Program-made: the position numbers and the translations under genes | The notes under the pieces: generated by a model | The model's input: the letters and a program-made list of their open reading frames with translations, nothing else | Databases searched by the model: none | Told to the model about the DNA's origin: nothing | Source of the DNA: an uncultured Prevotellaceae bacterium | GTDB taxonomy: Bacteria > Bacteroidota > Bacteroidia > Bacteroidales > Bacteroidaceae | Assembly: GCA_900313235.1 (NCBI GenBank) | Contig: OMQN01000001.1 | Coordinates: 9,145 to 73,144 of the forward strand | Length of the DNA: 64,000 bases | Direction: 5' to 3' | Part shown: positions 57,388-64,000 of the stretch, piece after piece | Layout of the letters: each line of letters begins with the position of its first letter | Numbering within the stretch: position 1 is the first letter of the stretch

Positions 57388-58689
57388 CTACTTCGTTCCA
57401 GGTATCAGTTCGAGTATCTGCTTTATCGGCATACAGATGGGGTTAGCCTCCAGCGAACGCTCGTTCTCGAGAATAGTCTCGGCACACTTCTGCATGGCAG
57501 GATAGGCGGCACGTAGCATGTGGTTGGCATATATCACGATGTTCACGCCCCACTCCTTGAGCTCATCCTCCTTGACGTGGTTGTATGTTGTCGGCACCAC
57601 CACGATAGGTACGGCAGGATGCTTCTCACGGAATCGAATACAGAAATCCTTTATGTCCTCACCCGACTTCTCCTTACTGTGTATCATGATGCCGTCTGCG
57701 CCAGCCTCTACGTATGCAAAGGTACGCTCCAGCGCATCCTCTACAGGTTTGCCAGCTATCAGACTCTCACAACGGGCAATGATCATAAAGTCTTTGGTCA
57801 CCTGTGCCTCCTTACCCACACGTATCTTATGGCAGAAGCCCTCTATGGTGTCCTGTGTCTGTATGGCGTCGGTCCCGAAGAGCGAGTTCTTCTTCAGTCC
57901 CACCTTGTCTTCGATGATTATTGCCGAGATGCCGTTACGCTCCAGTGTGCGTACGGTGAACTGGAAGTGTTCTGGTTTGCCACCCGTGTCACCGTCATAT
58001 ATGATAGGCTTCGTGGTACATTCCAGAATGTTTGTCAAGTCCTGCATACGAGTGGTGAGGTCCACCGCCTCGATGTCCGGTTTTCCCTTAGAGGTAGAGT
58101 CGGTCAGTGAGCTCGACCACATGCCGTCGAATGAGTTGGTCTTCAGTCCCTTCTCCACCACCGTGTTCTCCACTATCAGTCCGCTCAGTCCGTCATGCAC
58201 TTCCATAATCCTTACGATGGGTTTGGCTGCGATGAGTCGTCTGAGGGTTTTCAGTCTCACGTCGGGAGTAGTGCCTATAGCCTTTATCTCTTTGTCGAGC
58301 GACGACGAGTTGATACCTTTGGTATATGGTATCTCTATCACCTCGCCTCCCAGTTCTCTCATCACCTCTATCACCTCAGCTCTGAGCTCCTGTTCGCTAC
58401 CCTCTTTCCAGTCGTCACCGTGGATGATATAGTCGGGTTTGTATTTTCGCAGGTTAGGCACATAGCTCCACTCGTCTTGTGCCACCACCTGTGCCACACC
58501 CTGAATATGTTCCACCACATTCTTCCTCTGTTCGTATGTCATATATGGCAGACGACGATGCGACGCTATAGCCTTGTCAGTAAACAGTCCTATCATCACG
58601 TCGCCATACTTAGCGCCCTCCGTGATGATGTTGATAAGTCCTGGGTGCATGATGTCACCTATCATACCCAGATAAACAGTCTTTTTCAT
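57388..58689 (-). CDS. aepX: phosphoenolpyruvate mutase with N-terminal cytidylyltransferase-like domain
   Basis: DGDTGG and EDKVGLKKNSLF (EDKxxxxxNS PepM signature); N-terminal DIMHPG/HGDDW domain; ATG 58689. Confidence 0.93.
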   Translation of the reverse strand: MKKTVYLGMIGDIMHPGLINIITEGAKYGDVMIGLFTDKAIASHRRLPYMTYEQRKNVVEHIQGVAQVVAQDEWSYVPNLRKYKPDYIIHGDDWKEGSEQELRAEVIEVMRELGGEVIEIPYTKGINSSSLDKEIKAIGTTPDVRLKTLRRLIAAKPIVRIMEVHDGLSGLIVENTVVEKGLKTNSFDGMWSSSLTDSTSKGKPDIEAVDLTTRMQDLTNILECTTKPIIYDGDTGGKPEHFQFTVRTLERNGISAIIIEDKVGLKKNSLFGTDAIQTQDTIEGFCHKIRVGKEAQVTKDFMIIARCESLIAGKPVEDALERTFAYVEAGADGIMIHSKEKSGEDIKDFCIRFREKHPAVPIVVVPTTYNHVKEDELKEWGVNIVIYANHMLRAAYPAMQKCAETILENERSLEANPICMPIKQILELIPGTK

Positions 58690-58710
58690 ATACAATTTAT
58701 TTTGTGGTGA

Positions 58711-58965
58711 CAAAGGTAATGAAAACCGAGCGCAGAACAAAATAAACGTGTTTATTTTTTATGCCGAGGTGCATCTTACCTTATTTAAAGGTACGATTAA
58801 GTGAGGACAATGCAAAAGGAAAATTTATTTTTCTTTTCATTGTCGAGCGAAAGTACCTTCGACGAAGTCAAAGGTAATGAAAACCGAGCGCAGAACAAAA
58901 TAAACGTGTTTATTTTTTATGCCGAGGTGCATCTTACCTTATCTAGAGGTACGATAAAACGAGTG
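58711..58965. repeat. tandem array of palindromic 74-84 bp units (A-B-A-partial B')
   Basis: Identical 74-bp copies at 58711-58784 and 58869-58942; each complete unit is bounded by AAGGTA...TACCTT and has a central hairpin. Confidence 0.88.
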
Positions 58966-59040
58966 AAAAACAATTTTTTTTGCAAATTATTTGGAGGTAA
59001 TAAAATTATTACTTATTTTTGTGCCAAAAGAAGAGACATC

Positions 59041-59280
59041 ATGCCGACAATATTTATATTATTTGGATACAGGTTCATGTTTTATGCTAATGACCATACT
59101 CCTATCCACGTACATGTAGTGAAGGCTGGCAACAAAGCAAAATATAATATTTTCCCCATAGAACTTGTTGAAAATAATGGTTTCAAAACACAAGAATTAA
59201 AACTTATAGAATCTATTATCGAGGAAAACGTAGAGACGATAGCCCGGCACTGGAACTTATTTTTCAATAACAACAAATAA
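59041..59280 (+). CDS. DUF4160 family protein (putative toxin)
   Basis: MPTIFILFGYRFMFYANDH.P.HVHV...W..FF pattern; real start is ATG 59041. Confidence 0.82.
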   Translation: MPTIFILFGYRFMFYANDHTPIHVHVVKAGNKAKYNIFPIELVENNGFKTQELKLIESIIEENVETIARHWNLFFNNNK

Positions 59281-59298
59281 AAATTGGGAGGAGATACT

Positions 59299-59697
59299 AT
59301 GAAGGTTGAAAAAATTTGGCTTACAGACACAGCGGTATGGATACGTACGGACGATGGCAGAGAAGCGTGCGAACTGTTTAAAGACTACCCAAGACTTAGG
59401 TATGCTACAACAGAAATGAGGAACAGATATGAAGCTGATGACTTCGGACTGCACTGGCCTGACATTGATGAAGACCTAAGTTTTGAAGGATTCTTCAATA
59501 AGAAACAAGTAACAGAACTCTATCAGTTGTTTATGGAACATCCTGAACTCAACGTTTCTGCCATAGCACGTCGCATCGGAATAAAACAGAGTTTGATGGC
59601 TCAATATATCAGTGGACATAAGACCCCCAGTAAAGAGAGACTCTCCATTATATATGACACCCTTCGCGCTGTAGGAAAAGAACTTATGGCTGTTTAG
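59299..59697 (+). CDS. DUF2442 + HTH protein (putative antitoxin)
   Basis: YPRL..AT...GLHWPDIDEDLSFEGF followed by LNVSAIARRIGIKQSLMAQYISG HTH. Confidence 0.82.
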   Translation: MKVEKIWLTDTAVWIRTDDGREACELFKDYPRLRYATTEMRNRYEADDFGLHWPDIDEDLSFEGFFNKKQVTELYQLFMEHPELNVSAIARRIGIKQSLMAQYISGHKTPSKERLSIIYDTLRAVGKELMAV

Positions 59698-60502
59698 GTG
59701 GCAAGAAATCTGAGAGACCACTCTTTACCCTAATTATACCCTGCGAATTGTTTGAAGATCGAAGGCTCTGGTTATGTCTGCGCATCTCCGAATCAGACTT
59801 GCTTGGCACTTCCCTATGATAAAGGTGATATTCCACACAACTAAACTTTACAAAACGCTTACGCACACCAAGTCTGCAAATGCGAGCTGTGAGATCTATA
59901 TCCTCACTTCCATATCCCACCATTCCATTATCATAACCGTTGACTGCATAAAGGTCTGCTCGCCAAAAAGAAAGGTTACATCCCCTATCCATTCCGTTTT
60001 GTTTGTATTTATACAACAGAGGGGTCAACCATGGTAAACGCAAAGTATTCAGCCTACGCGTTACTCCTTTCGTCCACCAATATATTCTTCTGAAATCTCC
60101 TTGACAAAGCGTATCTGTAAAAGTACGAGTCAATTTTCCTCGACTTCCGCTGAGATAGAATCCATGACACGCATGCCTTAGGTGGTCTTCTATAAAATGT
60201 CGTTCCATTATTATATCACCATCAATCTGTATGATATAATCTGACGTACATACTGCAAAAGCACGATTCATAATCATGGCTCTACGGTATCCTTTATCTT
60301 CGTGCCATACATGCTTTATTGGACATGGAAGAACATGTCTCATTTCTTCTATCACATCACGTGTGGTTTCTCGTGAACCGTCATCGGCTATTACTATCTC
60401 GGTGGGAATAATCGTCTGCTTGGATGCACTGATTAAAACCAATCGGAGCGCATTCTCCCAATTATATGTACATAAAACAAGACTTGTAGTTACATTTTTC
60501 AT
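59684..60502 (-). CDS. glycosyltransferase family 2 (AT-rich)
   Basis: CTYN, IADDGS, QIDGD, GCNLSFW, NGYD and GSED. Confidence 0.87.
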   Translation of the reverse strand: MKNVTTSLVLCTYNWENALRLVLISASKQTIIPTEIVIADDGSRETTRDVIEEMRHVLPCPIKHVWHEDKGYRRAMIMNRAFAVCTSDYIIQIDGDIIMERHFIEDHLRHACHGFYLSGSRGKLTRTFTDTLCQGDFRRIYWWTKGVTRRLNTLRLPWLTPLLYKYKQNGMDRGCNLSFWRADLYAVNGYDNGMVGYGSEDIDLTARICRLGVRKRFVKFSCVEYHLYHREVPSKSDSEMRRHNQSLRSSNNSQGIIRVKSGLSDFLPPKQP

Positions 60503-60535
60503 ATATACACTTATTTTAGAAAAATAGAACTATTT

Positions 60536-61294
60536 TTAGAGCTCAAGTTTAAAAAGGATTTTATGTTTCTTGCCATATCGTTGCCAGAACTTCCGGCGTT
60601 CGTTCACTGCAAAAGCAAGCGATTCTTCAACATTGAATCCCCGACAACGAGCATACTCCTCGATCATCATTATGAAGAATCTTTTTGGGCCCCATAGTCG
60701 TCTGAAGTTCAGCAGTCCACGCTCTTGACTTACTGGACCGAAACGAAATCTATTGATGTCGACAAGTGAAAAAAGAAATTTACCATCAGAGGTTTTTCTA
60801 TATAGTATATTGCCTGGTGAATAGTCAGCATGTAGCAAGTCCTTTTCATGAAGGTTTGCCGTGAATTGTGCGAAGCAGACTGCAAGATCTTCGTATGTTC
60901 CTTCTGGTGCATTGCCCACATCAAACATCCTATGTTCGTATGGACAATAAAGGCTAATAAAATAGCTATATCCAAGTATTCCACAATGGCGTTCTTCAAT
61001 ATAAGCTATTGGCTCTGGTGTTTCTATGCCTTTGTCTATCAAGCGCTGCGGGTAGATAAAAGCACGTTTTCCCTTAGGCTTCCTGATTCCTGATGAATAT
61101 ACATACCGATTTATACCTTTGGGTATTCGATAGCGTTTCACATTTAGCATAGTGCCGTCAGGAGCCTTGATGTTCTTAACTATATTACGGTCTTCATATA
61201 TCGTCGTTCCTATGTCTTCAAAGACAAGTGGAATCTGATTAACGAAACCCTCTAAATGCTCAAACTCTGGATTGATAAATATCCCTCTCTTCAT
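60536..61294 (-). CDS. lipopolysaccharide kinase (Kdo/WaaP/InaA family), AT-rich
   Basis: NVKRY, TPEPIAY, LHADYSPGNIL and LVDINRF. Confidence 0.85.
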   Translation of the reverse strand: MKRGIFINPEFEHLEGFVNQIPLVFEDIGTTIYEDRNIVKNIKAPDGTMLNVKRYRIPKGINRYVYSSGIRKPKGKRAFIYPQRLIDKGIETPEPIAYIEERHCGILGYSYFISLYCPYEHRMFDVGNAPEGTYEDLAVCFAQFTANLHEKDLLHADYSPGNILYRKTSDGKFLFSLVDINRFRFGPVSQERGLLNFRRLWGPKRFFIMMIEEYARCRGFNVEESLAFAVNERRKFWQRYGKKHKILFKLEL

Positions 61295-61349
61295 TGCTTT
61301 TATTATTTAGGTGAATTAGCACATGAAGATGCATAAGGCAAAAGCACAA

Positions 61350-61615
61350 AAGAGTGGCATGACACCATCCTTATGCGCTTTACCTAAGGGGCGAGCTTGA
61401 GAATCGGAACCCCTGCATAACATATAAGAATGCGCCACGCCAAAACGTGTGCACAGCTATCGTCATGCAGAGGACCATGCAAAGGCTCTCCCCTTATTGC
61501 AATTATGTCGTACTTATTCCAAAAAAGGTTCTCAAGCTACTTCGGTAAAGCGCGAAATAAAAGCTGTTGCATCTAAGTTGTTCGGGAATTTCTCCTCCCA
61601 AACTATGCAAAGATA
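61350..61615 (-). promoter_or_regulatory. long structured 5' leader with promoter box TATCTTTG (61608-61615)
   Basis: Long-range inverted repeats gcgctttacc/ggtaaagcgc and agcttgagaa/ttctcaagct plus an inner stem; no convincing ORF. Confidence 0.55.
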
Positions 61616-61716
61616 TGATGTTTTTTTTGATTACGCAAGAAACAAAGATATTTTTTTTGGTAGTTGTGTTTTTATTGTTATCTTTGCCATATAATTTTTA
61701 TTCATTGATAGCGAAG

Positions 61717-62835
61717 TTGACGAACTCTATACAATTTCTTATAGTTTTCTCCTTCCTCTCCATAACAGCAGGAGCACAGGAGTTTACTGCGGAAAAGAAG
61801 GAGAGGGTGGTGGCTGTCGAGCAGTTTATCAATCCCGCGCCAGCGGTACCATCATGCCACGCATCCACGATTGTCGAACTACAGAATGGCGATCTCCTTG
61901 CGGCATGGTTTGCTGGTGAGTATGAGGGCCATCCTGACGTAAAGATATGGATGTCACGCCGAGCCAAGGGAACCACCTCGTGGAGTCAACCCGTAGTAGT
62001 GGCGGATGGTTTTATAGGCAATGAACATCGGGCATGCTACAACCCAGTACTCTTCCAGATGCCAGATGGTGAAGTGCTGCTGTTCTATAAGATAGGTCGC
62101 TTCGTACAGGACTGGTCGGGATGGCTGGTGCGCTCACGCGATGGCGGACTGTCGTGGTCGACGAAAGAGCCACTGCCGCAGGGCTTTCTCGGACCAGTGA
62201 AGAACAAGCCCTTCCTCGCTGACGGCTATCTGCTATGTCCGTCGAGCACCGAGAAGGGAGGTTGGAAGATTCACTTCGAACGCTACGACCTTGATGCCTA
62301 TGGTCACTTCCCCGACTCCACACAGATAGCCTCTCATGCCACGATGGTTGGTCCGATAGCTGCGGAGATGGCACACAAGACCTTCGAACCAGACTCTCTC
62401 TCACCGATAGGATGCATCCAGCCATCCATTCTCCGTCTTGCCGACGGCAGACTACAGGTGCTTTGTCGTACGCAGAACGGCAGACTCGCCACCAGCTATA
62501 GCAGTGACAACGGACGGTCATGGAGCACTGTCACCCTGACCTCTTTGCCGAACAACAATTCCGGTACTGACGCCATCACTCTCCTCGACGGGCGCCATCT
62601 GCTGGTATACAACCCCACAGCCACACCCCTTGGCGAGCATAACGCCCCTCGCACACCTCTCTGTGTAGCCATCAGCGATGATGCCATCCATTGGCACCAT
62701 CTACTCACTCTCGAGGACAGTCCCATCAGCGAATACTCCTACCCCGCCGTAATACAGGGTCGTGACGGCACCATCCACATCACTTATACATGGCGACGCG
62801 AACTGATAAGGTATGCGTCTATTCGTATTCCATAG
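61717..62835 (+). CDS. sialidase-family / BNR (Asp-box) beta-propeller protein
   Basis: CHASTIVE, NPVLF, Asp-boxes SRDGGLSW and SSDNGRSW, RTPL and YSYP; TTG 61717 chosen because it follows the promoter at 61679 and gives a signal-like N-terminus. Confidence 0.78.
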   Translation: MTNSIQFLIVFSFLSITAGAQEFTAEKKERVVAVEQFINPAPAVPSCHASTIVELQNGDLLAAWFAGEYEGHPDVKIWMSRRAKGTTSWSQPVVVADGFIGNEHRACYNPVLFQMPDGEVLLFYKIGRFVQDWSGWLVRSRDGGLSWSTKEPLPQGFLGPVKNKPFLADGYLLCPSSTEKGGWKIHFERYDLDAYGHFPDSTQIASHATMVGPIAAEMAHKTFEPDSLSPIGCIQPSILRLADGRLQVLCRTQNGRLATSYSSDNGRSWSTVTLTSLPNNNSGTDAITLLDGRHLLVYNPTATPLGEHNAPRTPLCVAISDDAIHWHHLLTLEDSPISEYSYPAVIQGRDGTIHITYTWRRELIRYASIRIP

Positions 62836-63880
62836 CTTCTCTTTGTCCTCTCAGCACCGCCAATGCATTCAGTGCGAGAGCCTCCATCTCGTCCTCGCCA
62901 GGGTAGCAATGTATTGGAGCCATGAAGTCGATACGTCGGCGCAGTTCCTTGACAACATATTGCGATCGTGCCAGTCCTCCCGTTATCAGTATGGCATCAA
63001 TCTTTCCGCACAGCACTGCGCCCTCCGCGGCGATAGCCTTTGCCGTGTGATATATCATCGCGTCCACTATCAGTTTTGCGTGTTCGTCGCCCTGTTGTAT
63101 CCGTATCTCTATCTCCTTCATGTCGTTAGTACCCAGATGGGCTATCAGTCCCGCCTCGCCAGCGACACGTCTCAGCAGCTGGGCCTCTGTATATCGTCCG
63201 CTGAAACAAAGTCGGATGAGGTCAGAAGCCGGCAGTGAGCCTGCCCTCTCTGGCGAGAAAGGTCCCTCACCTCCCAGCGCATTGTTGGCATCTACTGCCT
63301 TTCCGTGCTCATGTGCAGCAACAGATATGCCGCCACCCAGATGGCATACTATCAGGTTCAGATCCTCATATTCCCTACCTATCTCATTGGCATATCGTCG
63401 GGCTATGGCTCGTTGGTTCAGAGCGTGCCATATACATATACGTTGTATCAGAGGCGTACCGCAGATACGGGCATAGTCGTTGAGCTCGTCCACCACCCCT
63501 GGGTCAGCAATAAACGACCTGCAATGGGGTATTTCCCGTGCTATCTCGTACGCTATGAGACATCCCAGGTCACAGGCGTGCTTGTGTATGGCGTTCTTGG
63601 TGTCCACCAACATTTTTTCGTTTATCTCATACACTCCTCCTGCAAGAGGCTTCGCCAGTCCGCCCCGTCCTATCACCGCATCAAACTCAAAAGGAACATT
63701 CATTCGTTTGAGTTCGTTGACGACAAGTTGTTTGCGAAAGTCATGCTGATCCGTAATATCATCAAACTGCTTCAGTTCATCCACCGAGTGTTCGATATTT
63801 CTCAACAACATTGGCTTTGCATCTTCATACACAGCTATCTTTGTTGACGTAGAGCCTGGATTGATTACAAGAATGAACAT
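62819..63880 (-). CDS. buk: butyrate kinase
   Basis: INPGSTSTK, GRGG, DPGVVDE, HALNQ, HLGGGISV and GEGPFSPERAG. Confidence 0.93.
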   Translation of the reverse strand: MFILVINPGSTSTKIAVYEDAKPMLLRNIEHSVDELKQFDDITDQHDFRKQLVVNELKRMNVPFEFDAVIGRGGLAKPLAGGVYEINEKMLVDTKNAIHKHACDLGCLIAYEIAREIPHCRSFIADPGVVDELNDYARICGTPLIQRICIWHALNQRAIARRYANEIGREYEDLNLIVCHLGGGISVAAHEHGKAVDANNALGGEGPFSPERAGSLPASDLIRLCFSGRYTEAQLLRRVAGEAGLIAHLGTNDMKEIEIRIQQGDEHAKLIVDAMIYHTAKAIAAEGAVLCGKIDAILITGGLARSQYVVKELRRRIDFMAPIHCYPGEDEMEALALNALAVLRGQREAMEYE

Positions 63881-63973
63881 GTTTTTAGGTTTTAGTTTTT
63901 AGTTTTTAATTCAAGTTTCGCATTCGCTCAACTTTTTGGAGTTAAGGGAGTTAAAGAAGTTAAAGAAGTTAAA
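63881..63973. repeat. GTTTTTA heptamer array (63881-63908) and GAAGTTAAA nonamer array (63938-63973)
   Basis: gttttta ggtttta gttttta gttttta; ggagttaag ggagttaaa gaagttaaa gaagttaaa. Confidence 0.8.
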
Positions 63974-64000
63974 GCCGATAGTCTTTTTCCTTGAATATTC

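Noticed and set aside
58711-58942. Possible CRISPR array or integron attC sites
   Set aside because: Only two 74-bp copies, too long for CRISPR repeats; the intervening unit is itself a related palindrome; no cas or intI genes; no RYYYAAC/GTTRRRY ends
58801-59040. 80-aa N-terminal extension of DUF4160, and the aepX extension to 58740
   Set aside because: Read-through of the non-coding repeat array; family-typical starts are 59041 and 58689
61350-61560. Retron msr/msd-like ncRNA
   Set aside because: Inverted repeats are present but there is no reverse transcriptase in the window

Overview
This 64 kb window looks like a chromosomal segment of a Bacteroidales genome, probably Prevotella. Supporting signs are TAnnTTTG promoter boxes, Prevotella-type T9SS C-terminal tails and a hybrid two-component system. 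No rRNA, tRNA, CRISPR array, integrase or transposase was recognised. Most of it is housekeeping: korAB-type oxidoreductase, dusB, dprA, dapB, lepB, fprA, DEAD helicase, S46 peptidase, rnr, miaB, buk. Two accessory regions stand out. The first (9.7-21.5 kb) holds T9SS-secreted proteins: a C10 protease, a GH5_8-like mannanase, an HTCS regulator and a 939-aa secreted protein. That last protein shares an unannotated ~100-aa repeated module with the mannanase and is coupled, through a rare perfect Shine-Dalgarno, to an 83-aa YxxP/Trp-rich peptide. The second (47-61.6 kb) is an LPS/glycolipid operon converging on a complete 2-aminoethylphosphonate tailoring operon (pepM-ppd-aepZ-cytidylyltransferase-licD). 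It also contains a tandem array of promoter-carrying palindromic repeats, a DUF4160/DUF2442 toxin-antitoxin pair and an AT-rich GT2/kinase insert preceded by a switch-like structured leader. Other non-coding signals are a boxA-containing structured leader upstream of a SpoVK-like AAA ATPase, a candidate sRNA between miaB and msbA, and recurring 7-nt and 9-nt tandem repeats at gene junctions. All calls are from reading motifs by eye; no database searches were run.
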